DNA of 64,000 nucleotides from Paramecium tetraurelia (Eukaryota). The position numbers were made by a program, and so were the translations under genes. Position 1 is the first letter of the stretch, and every line of letters starts with the position of its first letter. This document shows positions 1-14,690 of the stretch, one piece after another. The stretch covers positions 186,001-250,000 of the forward strand of contig CT868274.1 in the NCBI GenBank assembly GCA_000165425.1. Reading direction: 5' to 3'. Below the pieces are notes generated by a model that ran no database searches, was not told the DNA's origin, and saw only the letters and a program-made list of their open reading frames with translations.

Positions 1-1
1 A

Positions 2-904
2 CAATAACATTAATAAGATTTGAAAGGCTAAGTTGATACATTATAAAATGAATTAGAAAAATTAAGAACTCTTAATAGATCTAATACTTAAGAGACAGAA
101 AATAGAATTGCCAAGTTAGTAAAGTAACAATAATCAGAAGTTCAATTGTTAGTCAATCAATTTCAAAGAGAATAGATTAAACTTAGATAAGAATCGACTG
201 ATCTAAAGGATCAAGTATCTTAAAATGAAGAAATTATACATAAGTTATATTAATCACTTGATGACGTGAATTAGATTGTGAATTAAAAGGATAAATAATT
301 ACAGAATCTGATTGAGGACATTGAACAAGAAAGAGCATCTGATTAATAAAAAATAAATGAACTATAGAATAAGTTATATATTTAGATTAATATTAGATTG
401 AGAAAAGAAGAGGATGAAATGAAAGTGGCACGATAAAAAGGTTAAAGAGATATCGAAAAGGTTCAAATACAAATAGCCTCTGCTGAATCAGAAAATAGTT
501 AGTTTAAGATAGAGAATAAATAACTAAGGATGTAATGTGAATAATTAGCAGATGAATTAGAAAAGAAGACAAAATAATTTGATCAATTGAATCGTGAATA
601 TGAAGATTAGAAAATAATTTAAAATTAAGAAATAGCTGATTTACACAGGTAACAATTGAAATTAATAATTAGATTGCTTAAAATACAAGTGTAAAACGAT
701 GATATGTCAAATTATTATAGTGAAAGTAAGGAGTTGGCTTAAAGAGTTAAGGAATTATAAAAAATTAACTCATAATTCTCAGATACGAATTATCCAAGAC
801 GTTAAGAATCATCTGTATAAAAATTTGATAGTTCTAAAAAATTAAATTCAAGTAACAACTTGAAGCCTCGCCTGCCTAATTATACTCCAATGACAAAAAA
901 ATGA
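2..904 (+). CDS. 3' part of a coiled-coil protein (runs off the window start)
   Basis: Continuous frame from nt 2 with TAA/TAG=Gln (QQHQQDLKGQVDTLQNELEKLR...PNYTPMTKK), E/Q/K/L-rich heptad-like composition, TGA at 902-904. Confidence 0.75.
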
Positions 905-1534
905 GGTGATAATTAAATATATATAATAAATATTTAAATCTTAAAATTTAAGATTTGATAAAATTTTCTATTTTCTATATATAATTTATTTTCATAATTA
1001 AATGAAAAAATATAATTATTTATATTATATATTACTTAAGTTATATTTGACTGTTATTTAAATTTAGTTTTGATATTTTCAACCTTCTTACCTAAATTTT
1101 TATGGGATTTTAGCTCCAATTATTTGTTCTCGAAATTGGCTGATAATTACTGTTCTCATTACCATTTGGTAAATTGTAATATAAAAGTTAGTTTGATATT
1201 CTAAAATAACTGGTGAATTAAGAACTTTATGAATCTTCATTTTAAAATAGTATAGAGGGGATTTCCTTAATTTTTAAGAATAGATTCATGTTAAATTACT
1301 ACATTTTTCGGTTTATTTTAAAAGGGAATATGATAGCTCGTTATTTGGTGTATGAAAAAAAATGGAGAAAATTGAAGTCTGAACTTGGTATTATAGGAAA
1401 TTTACGATAAAATTTATAATGATTAAGATTTATAAAAGAAAATATCAGATTATATTTTCTTTTATAATTGTGGAGATTTATATAGGAATTTCAGAACGAT
1501 TTAAAAAATTAATATTAATAATAAATTATTTCTT

Positions 1535-4500
1535 ATGTAGAAAGCAGAACAAGTTGAAGATAATCAACTACTTACAAATAAATCGACTGCAAAACCTAGT
1601 TAATAAACTGAATCACTTGCAACTTAGAAGATGGTTCCCTATAAGGAGCTTTTTAGATATGCCACATCTTCAGACAAATTTTTAATTTTGGTTGGCATCA
1701 TATCATCAGCGGGCAACGGAGTAACAATGCCAATGTTCTCTGTGATATTTGGAGATATGACTGATGCATTCTCTGGGGATGATCCAGATAAAATGCTTAG
1801 AGCTGCAGGAATAGCTGCTATGTATACATAGAGAATTAATATTTTATAGATGGTTCTTAGTTCTAGCTGGATGTTCTTGGGTGCTTTCTTTCTTAAGTTT
1901 CTCAACATTCATGATATCTGGAGAAAAACAGTGTATTAGAATGAGAAAAGAATATTTTGGAGCAATCTTGAGATAGGAAGTTGGCTGGTTTGATTCAATA
2001 AATCCAAATGAACTGAACACTAAAGTGGCTGACGAAACTTTTGCAGTAGAGGGCGCAATTTAAGAGAAGGCAGGAACCTTTATAATGACCTTTTCCACAT
2101 TTATTTGTGGATTTATAATTGGATATTCATAGTATAAAAAATTTAAATAATTAGTGGTTGGTAACTAGCCTTAGTAATTACAGCGGCAATGCCATGTTTG
2201 GCCTTTTCTGTGGTTATAATGACAGTAGTAGTGATGAAATCTGTAAAATCCACTTAGGAATGCTACTCAACAGCTGCAGCAGAATCTGAACAAGCTTTGA
2301 ATGCGATAAAAACAGTGAAAATGTTGGATGGAGAAGATTTTGAATGCGAGAAATATTCAAGACAACTTGTGGTGGCAGCCAGAACTAATGTTAAATATAG
2401 TCTCTTCTCAGGAATGGCTCTAGGATCTATATTTGCATTTATGATTTGGACTTACGCATTAGGCTTTTATTATGGGGCTAAATTATTATCTGATTAAGTA
2501 ACTAATACAAATACTGGACTTATTTATACTGTAGGAGATGTTATGACTGTTTTCTTTGCTATTTTGATGGGTAGCTTTTCTATAGGATAAGCTGGTCCAT
2601 GTTATTAAGCATTTGCAAAAGGAAAGGTTGCTGGAGCATAGATCTTTTTCATTATCGATCGTATTCCAAAGATATAGAATCCTATTAATCCAAAACAATT
2701 GAAGAATTTCACTGGTGAGATAGTCATAGAGGATGTAGACTTCTTTTATCCAGCTAGACCAGACACTTAAATTTTAAATAAATGCTCTTTAAAAATACCA
2801 AAAGGAAAGAAGGTGGCTCTTGTTGGAGAAAGTGGTTGTGGAAAGTCTACCATTTTACAATTAATAGAAAGATTTTATGATGTTAACGAAGGAAGAGTTT
2901 TGGTAGGCGATGATAAGATTGATGTAAGGGACTTGGACTTAAGAGATTACAGAACTTAAATAGGTTTGGTAGGATAAGAACCTATGTTGTTTGCAACTAG
3001 TATTAGAGACAATCTTTTGTATGGAAAAACTGATGCTACTGAGGAGGAAATTAATAGATGCATTGAAAAAAGTGAATGCTTGGGATTTTGTTAGTAAAAT
3101 GGATAAAGGACTGGATACTTATGTAGGAATGGGTGGAAGTCAATTAAGTGGTGGTCAAAAACAAAGAATTGCAATAGCAAGAGCAATTCTCAAAAAACCT
3201 AAAGTGTTATTATTAGATGAAGCAACAAGTGCATTAGATAGAACAAACGAAAAGTTGATCCAAGAGACTCTTGATGAAGTCTCACAAGGTATTACAACCA
3301 TTGTTATTGCTCACAGATTAAGTACAATTTAAAATGCAGATATCATTTATGTGTTTGCAGGGGGAAAGGTAGTTGAAACTGGTACTCATTAAGAACTTAT
3401 GAATTTACATGGTAAATATGAATAATTGGCAAAAAATCAAATTACATCTCATTAAAAAGAGGAATAATAGGCACATAATTTGAACCAAAACTAGCATAAT
3501 CATTAAACAAAGGATTAAAATGATCAATAGGATGTAGATGTAGGTTCCGTTCTGTCTGTTAATTAATTTGGTTCAGATTAACCACATGTTGTTGAAAAAG
3601 TCATTAAGGAAATCAAGGATATTAAACAGTTGAACATTCAACTTAAAAATAAAGTTCAAAACAACTTTGAGGAGATGAAAACTTAAAGTTCTTAAAATGA
3701 TTCTAATGATGCTTAAATTATGGGAAGGTTGTTTAGTTATGGAAAAGAAGAAAGATGTGTTTTGATATTAGGATTAGTGGCTGCTCTCATTAATGGTTGC
3801 ATCTTCCCATGCTTTTCTTTATTTTTCTCTGACATGATTACATTACTGGCTGAAAGTGATCCCAATCTGTATCCTAATCCTGAAATTAGAGATGTAAAGA
3901 TGGAAAAAGTAAAGAATGACTCAGCTGATATAGCACTATGGTTTTTCTTATTTGGTTTAGGATTCTTAGTATTCTAGACTTTGGAGAGCTTCTTTTTATC
4001 AATTGTTGCAGAGAACTTAACAATGAAATTGAGAAATTTCACATTCAGGAAATTACTTAGAATGCCTATTCCCTTCTTTGATAAGCCAGAAAACAATGCT
4101 GGTACCTTAACGGCTAGATTAAGTGTAGATTGTAAAACAGTTTAAAGTTTGACTTCAACAATTATTGGATTCAAACTTTAAAATGCTTCTGCACTTATTT
4201 GTGGTATGGCTATAGCCTTTTCTTCGAGTTGGGCCTTGACTCTAATAGTGTTAGCTACTGCACCATTCAGATGGATTGGTATGAAATTGAGAACTAAATA
4301 TATGGGAGCTTTGGCTGGTTCTAATAAGGGAGAAAGTTTCAAGGATGCTGGAAATCTAATTATGGAGGCTGTCACAAATATTAGAACTGTGTTTTCGTTT
4401 GGAAATGAAAACATCATTTTGGATGTATTTATCATATCTAATAATTTAGGATTACACAAAAAGAATCCAAGAACCTTTAAAAGAGTGTACATCAAAGGGT

Positions 4501-5631
4501 CTTTCGGCTGGTAGTGCTTTTGGATTTTCACAAATGCAACCAATGCTCATCAATGCACTGGTCTTCTATTGTGGAGCTTTATTAGTAAAATATGAAAACT
4601 TGGATGTAAATGATATGTTTAGAGCAATCTTCGGAATTACATTTGCTACTATGGGTGGTGCTAGAGACTCTCATTTTGTAGGAGATGTTGAGAAGGGTAG
4701 AACAGCTGCTAAAAACATTTTTGAGATCTTGGATTCAGTTGATGAATTCTAAATTGAAGAATGTAAATATTTGCATATTATATTTAGAAAAATAATTCAA
4801 GAAGTTAAAGACTTAAATTAAAGGACATATTGAATGCAAAAATTTGACATTCAAAATACCCAACTAGAGAAAAGAATGTCTTTACTAATTTAAGTTTAAC
4901 AATTCCTTCTGGCTAAAAGGTTGCCTTTGTTGGATCAAGCGGGTGTGGTAAATCAACCATTATGTAAATGCTTATGAGATTCTACGATCCAGATTAAGGA
5001 GAAATATTGGTTGATGGATTGGATATTAGGGATTACGATATTAGGCATTTGAGAAAATAATTAGCTATTGTATCATAAGAACCAGTTCTATTTAATGGAA
5101 CTATTAAAGAAAACATCCAGTATAATAGTCAAAATATCACTATGGAATAAATCGAATAGGCTGCCAAAAAGGCTAATGCTTATGACTTTATTGTTAATGA
5201 CTAATTTGAAAATGCTCCAGATGAGAAACAATAAGACTTTGGAAAAGGATTTCATAAAAGAGTAGGACCAAAAGGATCACAAATATCAGGAGGATAAAAA
5301 CAGAGAATTGCTATAGCTAGAGCAGTACTTAGGAATGCTAGCATACTTTTACTGGATGAAGCCACAAGTGCATTGGATGCTAAGTCTGAAGAAATTGTAT
5401 AAGAAAGTCTTAATAACATAATGAAAGAAAATACTACGTTGTCAATTGCTCACAGAATTTCAACTATCAAAGTAATAAATAATATAATATACTTAGGATT
5501 CTGATATAATCTACGTGTTTGATAATGGTATGATCGTAGAATAAGGTACTTACAATTACTTGGTTGGCCTCAAATAATTCTTTTACAGAATGGAATAAGG
5601 GATAGCCATTAATTCAACAAAAAATTCTTGA
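1535..5631 (+). CDS. Full-length ABCB/MDR (P-glycoprotein-like) ABC transporter, TMD-NBD-TMD-NBD; two apparent +1 frameshifts
   Basis: Walker [10 protein letters not shown] and GSSGCGKST, signatures [14 protein letters not shown] and [14 protein letters not shown], Walker [11 protein letters not shown] twice; about five short GT..AG introns (e.g. 1822-1849, 2132-2154); extra A near 3050 and near 4855. Confidence 0.95.
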
Positions 5632-5914
5632 TTTCGTTTATTTTTATTAGATTTTATATTGAAATGTAATTTAATTAAATTTCATCTTTGATTTTATGAA
5701 TGAGCTTTGAGGAATAATTATTAATAATTTTGGTGAATACCTTTTGAAATTAGGCATAATAGACCATTCCAAAATTACTGTAGGTTCTAGTTAAAAAAAA
5801 GGGATTAGGGGATATATTATTTAATATTTTTTATTATGTTATTTTACTAAAATTCATTTGTCTATATATCTTCATTAAAATCATAAAAAATCTAATTTAA
5901 ACAATTAAAACCAT

Positions 5915-6472
5915 ATGGGTTGTGCAGCTGGTTATTCTCTATAATAGGACGAAGATTAATCTCTTTTACTCTAACATGATTAAGTTTTACTATTAGAGAG
6001 TCCCGTAAAAAATTTATACTAACCAAAAACAATCGAATTTACTTCCAATTGTTAATCTCTTCAATGGTGTGATGATGATGATGATTTGGAGATTCTTTTT
6101 TAAGAATGTAGTAGAGTAGAGGAAGACTTGGTAAATGCAAATTTAAGAATTCTTAAGAAAGATTAAAAATTACTATAGCAAAACTAGTACTAGCATTCAT
6201 AGTCGAATACATTCTCTTAAACTTCAATATGTCTAAACAGAAAACGAAATCAATTTTCAAATAATTGCAAATTTCCAGATAAGAATGATTAACTTCCAAA
6301 AAGCATTTTGAAGAGAAAGAGATTAAAAGAAAGTAAAATATATTCAGGCAAGATACGGAGTAAGATAACACAAGAAAAAGTTGTAAGATTTAGTAAATGC
6401 TATATAAGAGTCATACCTAACATCCTAACTTCAAAGGGCACTATTAATGTTTAATAATTAGTTGATTAATGA
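5915..6472 (+). CDS. 185-aa hypothetical protein with MGC acylation start and SILK plus RVxF-like motifs
   Basis: Intronless frame MGCAAGYSLQQDED...LPKSILKRKR...QEKVVRFSKC...; ATG 5915, TGA 6470-6472. Confidence 0.7.
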
Positions 6473-6688
6473 TTTTAATATTATATCAAACTCTTAATCA
6501 ATTTTATTATATAGAAAATTCGTTTCCATTTAAATTAAGAAATGCCTTAAGAATGATATAAATAAAAGCATTTATCAAGGCTTTCTTAGTTCCATTTACA
6601 AGGTCAATTATAAGTAAAAGTGAATTATATAAATTTTATTATGACTTATAATTCGATATAATAAATACATTCATTATAAAATAATTTT

Positions 6689-7946
6689 ATGTACACTGAT
6701 CCTGTGGCAGAATTACTGAGACCAAAGCAGTCAAATTTAATTAAATCAAGTGACTCTGTAGGATCCTATCGTCCAAAAAGTATACAATCAAATCGCAGCA
6801 ACAAAAATATCATTTCCCAATAATAATAACGCCCTCCCTCTTAATAATCTTAAATTGGGAGCAATGGTGGAAAACGAATAGTTCATATTGGTAGGAATGG
6901 AAAAAAAATTGAATAAATATAGAGCATTGCGCCAGCTAAGAACACTTATGATCTTTGTTATGAGTTTGATCCATTTGTTTTAGATCAGATCAGTCCAGAA
7001 GATCCAATTTGGAGATAGATTTTGCCAGACAATATGCCATTAGATGAATAAACTTTGGAGAAATTATTGGAAGATAATCCAGATTATTTTTATCATCATC
7101 TTGGATTTTGTGCATGCTATCGATGCAAATGTGGTAGATGCAGATGTGATGTCTCGAATTAAGTTAAATTGAAGATAAATGGATCTTTTTTAACTATTTA
7201 TGATAAGGATTTTATTCCTCATAAATCAAGCTATAACAATCTAACACCTTTGAATTCTAAGACCTATACAACAAAGTTTCTCGACTAAAAGACCATCGAT
7301 TTTACCACATCTCATCAATAAGACTATAAGGAAATGCCACTACAATCAACTGAAAGTTTCAAACCTCCTTATAGACCATAATTAGGATCAATGTCCAATC
7401 TGACTAGTTACAGGGTATATGCATTGATCCTATTTAGTCTAATTATAGTAATTGGGGCAACAATTATTAGAGATTCAGCAGATATCCTCATATAAGTACA
7501 AGTACAGATATCAAGTTCATTGGTAAAACACAATATCAAGATTCTTTTGTTCCGCCTTCCAGTTGGAAAGTCGAAAACCAAAATTACTTTAAAAGTGAAC
7601 TGTAAATAATATATTCCATATAAAAGGTCTCCTATGCCTACAGGTCCCTTTGTAGGAATGACCACAAGTTAATAGAACTTTTAACCATTTAAAGTAGCAA
7701 GAAGTCCTTAAAAACCCACACATCATGTATACTAATATTATATAATATCCATAGAAATATGAAACTACTCCATCCTTCGATGGATAATTCACATCTACAG
7801 GAATGAAAGACTTTACTCAGTAATAGGATGATTATTGTCCAGCTAAACAATTTCAGAAAATATTTAGAAAGAAATTGGCATAAAAAGTCGAGAAGAAAAA
7901 AGAGAATTTTATAGAACGTAGAATAAATAATGCAATGAAAGTTTGA
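6689..7946 (+). CDS. STOP/SAXO (FAM154)-like microtubule-stabilising protein
   Basis: Cys motif CACYRCKCGRCRC followed by repeated Mn-like motifs (TIYDKDF, TSHQQDYK, TSYRSNY, TQYQDSF, TTSQQNF, STGMKDF); three introns (23, 25, 28 nt) restore a 393-aa frame. Confidence 0.7.
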
Positions 7947-8497
7947 TTGTTTTTTATTCTAAGTTCATTCATAAAATTATCAAATATTATAGTATTATCA
8001 AAAAATCAATATTTAAGCAAAATTAAATAATGTATATTCTTGCTTCAATTTGTTTTCAAATCTTTGTTTCTATTGGGTCTTCATTTATTTAATAGTATAA
8101 TTAGAGCATTTATTATTGATATATAATTATTCTAATATAAGAATTTTTTGTATATATTAAAAATGTAATCTAGTAATTAAGTGTTATAAATAAGACTATA
8201 TGTTACAATTTAGATAATTTGTAAAAAGAGATTATAATAATTGTTATAACAAATATTCATTTAAAAGAATTAATTATATTCACTATTTGTTTAAACTAAA
8301 ATTATAAAAACTGAAGAAAAGTTCTAATAATGTTTCAATTAATATCATTATATATTCTTTCTTCAAAGAGTATCTTCTTAATAATTATGAAACTATCGTA
8401 AAACTATATCGATACAAGAAATCTTACATATTCAGAGAGTTTAATTCATATATTCAAGATACACTGATATATTAATTGAAATTAAATTATATGATTT

Positions 8498-10455
8498 TCA
8501 AAATGAATATATTTGCTAAAATTTTTAAGCTATCATCTCTTCCTTTTCTTTGCTAGTCAAGAAGTTAAACTTCTCTAGATAGTCATCAACTTTTTAGTTC
8601 AATAGCTAATAATAAAATACATATTGATACTTATTTTTTGACATCTCTATCAAATAATATGGTATCCAAAACATAAATAGACAAGTTATTTATAGCATTG
8701 TCTTAATCTTCACTCTCCCCCTTTTCATCTTATAATTGCATGTAATAATTGATCAAAATATCACGGTAATTCTCTTCAAATTATCCAGTTGGTGCAGGTT
8801 ACAATTCTGATATATATTTTTCATTGGCTTGATTCTACATTTGAAACAATATAGTTCTAAATACAAAAATAGAAAATACTGCAATTATGATTGAATAACT
8901 TAGAAATGAGTCATCTAGATCTAGAAATCTTCTTCGCATAATTTAATGAAGGCAATGAATTATGGGAAGGTGTAAAGCTCAAAGAAATATGAGCATTAAT
9001 AAATATTTCTCTGTGTTTTTAAAACTTCTAAGAAACGATTCATTTCAATAATTAATTTCTTTGAAATAATGAAAGCAGGAAGAAACACCTAAAATAATGA
9101 AAGTCATTACATTAGTATTTTGAGTGTGTTTCCTTTAATGAATTTCATTTAGGACAGTGCCCAAAAATACAAGTGTATTTCTTTCATTAAGATATTTCTC
9201 AAATACATTGTTGAGATCATTAGTCTTCTATTACTAAAGTTATTTTTATTAAAGAGCCTCCTATAATAGTTTTTCATCATTAGAATTATCCATGACTTAT
9301 TTGTGTTCTAACTTTGGAACATCAAATTATAATTTATTTATCATATCCTAATTTGTGATGTTCTCGAATTTTTATTTGTTCTACTAATAGACTTACTTAT
9401 TCATTTTCAAGTCTACTTATTTGGCCACCACTTATTCCACTGTTAATTAACACAAGGCTATAAATTATAATTTAAAAATCAATACCTGGGTTTACAACTT
9501 GGTTGGAAAACAAAGGTGACTCATACAACTAATTCCATTACAATCTTAATTTAGGTTCTGGATTTAGCATTCTAAATAATAATTCCTAGGATTCCTTAGA
9601 TATTTTAATGTTATTTCTTGTAAAATTAGGCTAATCTTTAAGTATATTGCTATAGATTTACTTGTTTTGACATCTTTCAAGAAATCATTGTAGCTTTTAA
9701 TACTGAAGGGAAGAACTCCAAAAAGCATTTGATAGTAAATGGCTCCGATAGAAAACATATCAGCAAGAATTCCATATGGTTTAAATTCAATGATTTCAGG
9801 TGCCATAGTGCCTAAAGTACCTAATGCTTCTTTGACTACTCCATCCAAACTCTCCATTCTTTTGGCAAAGCCCAAGTCTCCTATTTTTAGAACATTATTA
9901 GAGATTAGTATATTTGGCAATTTTAAATCTCTATGAATTACATTCATTTCATGCAATCTACAAATTTTTTATGTTTTTACCCCCTCATACCATTTAATAT
10001 CTATTTGATATACTGGATGGCCTCCACTTCTGGAATTATTCTATTCTTTTTCTTCCACAATTATTCAAGATCTCCTTCTAAATAAATTTCAAAATTTTCT
10101 TTACAATTGCAATATTCCATCACTATATAGCAATTATTTTCACTCTCCAAGTATTTATTCATTTTAACCACATTAATATTGCTGCATTGAGCTAGCACTT
10201 GAACTTCTGTCTTTAATAATTATCCAACCAGCCCATTATGTTCCTTCCTAAACATACTCAAATCAATTACAATTTGGATTTTGGCACAGACTTTATGGCC
10301 ACTGATTCTTTGGTAATTATATTCTAAGCTGAAAAAACCTGCATTAATATCAATCAAAGTGTTACTTATCCAAAGGCTCCCGTGCCTAATACATCTACAA
10401 GGATATAATCATCAATCTTCTTTCCTACGAAGTTCCTACTCTATAAATTATTCAT
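8498..10455 (-). CDS. Ser/Thr protein kinase (ULK/Atg1-like ciliate family) with a long C-terminal tail
   Basis: LGTGAFG loop, HRDLKLPNIL, DLG in place of DFG, GTLGTMAPE, ADMFSIG; several short introns. Confidence 0.9.
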
Positions 10456-10552
10456 AAAATAATTATTTAGCTTTCTATAGTAACATTAGAAATAAACGAA
10501 AACAATTCATATAGATTATCGATTCAAATTATAATTATTATAATATAATGAA

Positions 10553-13500
10553 TCACATCTAAAACTTTCCAGTGCCATCTGACATCGGCCTGATTTGAGA
10601 CAGCTTTAGATTTCTAAAACTCTTTTTAATCATGCGACTTCTTTTTAGAGTACGTTCAGAATCTTACTCTGAACCTCTTCTTGATTCTTCTACTTCAAAT
10701 TTTGGAATTATAACTTATTAATACCTATATTTTTCAAAAAATATTTCAGGATAAATCATATATTGTAGTAATTTAGATTAGTAACTCTTTAATTAATTAT
10801 CGAATGTATTTTGTTGCTTATAAAAGTACATCTTTTCTAAGATTTAGTCTAAGTTATTTTAAATCTAATAATATTTATACTTCTTATAAGATTCCATAAT
10901 CTAATCTTGATCTTTCTGTTGATATTCATTTATTTACTCAATTTCCATTTTTAATTTAATCTCTAATAACAGAGTATCTTAGATGTCCTTTTCTTGCAAG
11001 ATTTGTTTCTTTCCATCCTATATTTGCTTTATTCTAATTCGAACTTTTGCTAATAATCCTTTAAGTAATTGCTAAGATTGCATCACCTCTAAGAATTGAT
11101 TGATAATTGATTTTGTTTCCTTTTTTAATTTTTATCTTTTTTTCATTCTATTCATATTCGTAATCATTTAAACGACTTTCTTCATTTTCTGAAAGTTTTC
11201 CTTTGGTTTCTTCTTAAATAAATCTAAACTAAAGGATCCCCTACTTTAACCACCTAACATAGGTTTCTCCCTTGGGGAGTTTTCTTGATTGTCTTCTTCT
11301 TTTATTATCATAAGATTATTATTGAAAATATTCTAATTTCTAGCTTTACTCATAAGAGTAGCCTTAAGTTATTTATCATCAATATCTAATAATTCTATTG
11401 TTTTTGTTCTCTATTTGAATAATGTGGCCTTTTTTTTTATAGTTGGAAGTTCTAAATTGATCTTGGAATTGGAGGATTGATCAGACACAGGCTAAATGGT
11501 GTTTATGATATTTTGTGATTATTATAATAATTATGTCTACAAATTTTGATTACTTTATTCTTAAACAGGCCCAATTTATTACTAATGATTATCGCTCTTC
11601 TTTAAGGAATCTTCTTCTGGTTCTTCATAAAATTCTGCCCACTTCCAATTATTATTATTAAATGAATTGGCTTCTTGTTCTATTACTTCTTAATCAAAAC
11701 GGGCTGCAAAGTATCCTCTTTACCTAAAAGGATTTCTCCCATATTTAGAATTCCTATTTTATGATTGACTGTAACAAAATCTTTTTATAATCAATTCTTT
11801 ATCAGGAATATAATGCAACAAGGGACATTAAAGAACTCTATGAGCTTTTGAATTGCAACTAAAACATTTCATTTGTAAAGCGCTTAGGTCTTCAAATTAT
11901 AGACTATCATAAAGATTCCTAAATCTTTCATAGTCCTCTGGGAAATCCTGTATGACTTTTAAAAAGTCATCTCTAGAAAGCATAAGCAATTTAGAAAAAC
12001 CTACACTCCTAAATCTCTCCTAGGATTATTTGCCACTTATGAAACTAATAATACCTAAGCTAGAACCTTTGCCAACCTTAAATACCTCAGCAATTTAAGG
12101 ATTATCAAGAACTTAATCAACTGAATCATTTTAAATAAAGATTTGGATCTCTCCATATTCAACAAAACATACAAATAACTATCCTGGTGTTTATTAAGGA
12201 AATATAGAATCAAAGTTTATAATATTCTCAGGTTGAATTACTGCTTATTTTATTTTATTAACTAATTTTGATTTTAAGGCATCACTAAAATTATTCTTAA
12301 AGAGTGGACATTCTTGGAAAATCAAAGAATTAGATTGATTCATCAATTTCTCTTTGAGATTCTCTGATAATTGATTCATGATATCATTGAGTTCATCATT
12401 CTCAACTTAATTTTATGATTCCCAATAGTAATTTAAGTATTCTCTAATCTAATATTGCAATTGATATTCAATCTTTCGATTTTGCATGTATGAATTTATT
12501 TTTCTCATTTTTCTCATCTTCTCCTGTCCATAAGCAGAAATAGTATCAATAATCGTCCCCACAGTACTGACACTGTAACTCAATTGAATACTGCATACCA
12601 TCATATACAGGATAGCTACCACTCTTTCTAAATAACTGATTGGTACGACATCTCCATACCCTATTGTAAACATTGTAACTGTCGAGAAGTAAAATGAATA
12701 CAAATATTGTACTTACCAGGTTTCATGTTCAACATGGTAGAATTCTAACCAACTTCCTTTTTCAGAATATAAATAACTATAATAACCAACCTAAGAAAAT
12801 ATTAAATTAATAATTTACAAAATACCAAAGGCATGAGTAGCAATGTAAAACAAAAAATAACACTAATAGTAATTTGAATAATTCCAATAAAGAACTACTT
12901 GGTTTTGATAAATTGAGAGTTTCTTCAACTTGGCTAATCAATTTAGGAATATTCCTACATTATACATAAAACAATAGCATTAATAAATCCCACCAATCTG
13001 TTAATAAATTGAATTCATATTAAGATGATTTTGAAATCATAGCATATATGATAAGAATCAATATTGATATTGCTTCCAAACCATAGCTTTTACTGATTAC
13101 GTTCTTAGCTATGGTTGCTCTATTGCTCACAATTTATCCAAATTAATAAAAGGAACTATTGAAACTCAAAATGAAATCAAAGACTAATAGGAGAATCATA
13201 AGTATGGTTGGTATATAGAGTTCACCATATATGATCTAATATTTATCCCATGCTAGATCAATTGGAATTACAAAGAGAAAATAGAGTCTACTCATCATTA
13301 CTATACAATCCCACACTATTTTCAATCTGGATTCAGGAGTAATCAATGGAATTTTCTCAATTTCTTATTCTAATTTTTTTATTAAGTTATCTTTGCAAGT
13401 CTTTAAATACGTGATTTACGTTTTGATCTTATTTGATAATTCTCTATTATTTATAGATAGACAATTCTTACTTTTTTTTAACAAATTACTACAACCCTTC

Positions 13501-13998
13501 AGGCGATTGGCTAAATTAGCTTACCATGGGTTTCAAGTTCAATGCACTATCACGAAACAGTTTTAAATTAAATGAAGACCCTAAATCTTGAATAATATTG
13601 TATTAATAAAGGTTGAATTACGAATTGATTTTCTTTTTCCAACTTATTCTGTTAATAAATCGTTTTATAAAACAAAATTAAATTACACTAAATATTTATT
13701 GCTATGGGAATTATTGAAGTTCTGAAGTTTTTAAGCTTTTCTTATTCATCAGAAACTTATTCGTTGGGCTGCTAAGAGAAGAATCAAAAGTAACTCTCTT
13801 AGATTCATGAGCTTTATGTTTAGAACTTTAACTAGGAATGTTATTATTAGTGTTGACTCTTGAGCCTTGAATTGAGAAATTGCCATCTGATAATGAGTAA
13901 TTGAGAAAATCTTAAATTTCACCGATTGGCTCATCCGTTAACATCAACTGATTTAATTTTGAGATTGGCTCTTCAGTGTCTTACTAAATTTAATTCAT
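10553..13998 (-). CDS. EAG/KCNH-like voltage-gated K+ channel with cyclic-nucleotide-binding homology domain
   Basis: Pore YLYSFYFSTVTMFTIGYGDVVP, N-terminal ITPESRLKIVWD, C-linker and CNBD-like region, ciliate-type FxCFSC...H...xCP motif after the CNBD. Confidence 0.93.
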
Positions 13999-14690
13999 AT
14001 TTAAAATAATTATGTTAAATTCTAATAAAATAATTTCAGATTATCGCATGTAATAAGTATTTTATCATCTTTATCTGAGCATTTAATTTGCTTACCTTAA
14101 ATCAGCATAGAATATAAGTAAAACTAAATAATTTTATATTCACTTAATTTATAAATCTTCTATTAACACACTTATCATTTATCAAGTTTTGCTATATAAA
14201 AATTGAAGGATCAAATAGTTTACAAACAATTGAAAGTAAATAATAGAGGCTCTATTTAGAACTACTTAATCAAGTTAAAAGAGAGACAATTATAATTTGA
14301 AATTATTTTATCATATAGGGAATCCTGTAAATGAACAATTAATATAATAGATATGTAAAATAATTACTAAATTCTAAAAGCTACATGGTAGTCTACTTTA
14401 ATAAGAATAATATTTCAGTATTTAAATTAAAATAATTTAGTAAGTAGAAAACAAACGATAATTAAGGAATTTATGAGTTATTATAAAAGAGTTTGAACAA
14501 ACTCTATACCTTGAAACTATAATTATTGTTGTTTAATTTATCCTTTTTCACCCTGAGAAAGGTTATCTAATTATTGATAATTAAATTTGAGATGATATTA
14601 AGTGTACCCTTAACATCATTTTGGCTAATGCTATTCTGTTATTTTATATCATTTTTACTAAATTAAAATATTTAGGTATATATATGATTT

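Noticed and set aside
3040..3060. Euplotes-style programmed +1 ribosomal frameshifting at A-runs
   Set aside because: Euplotes sites are typically AAA followed by a stop codon. Here the shifts are not followed by a stop and TAA/TAG are sense codons, so sequencing error is simpler.
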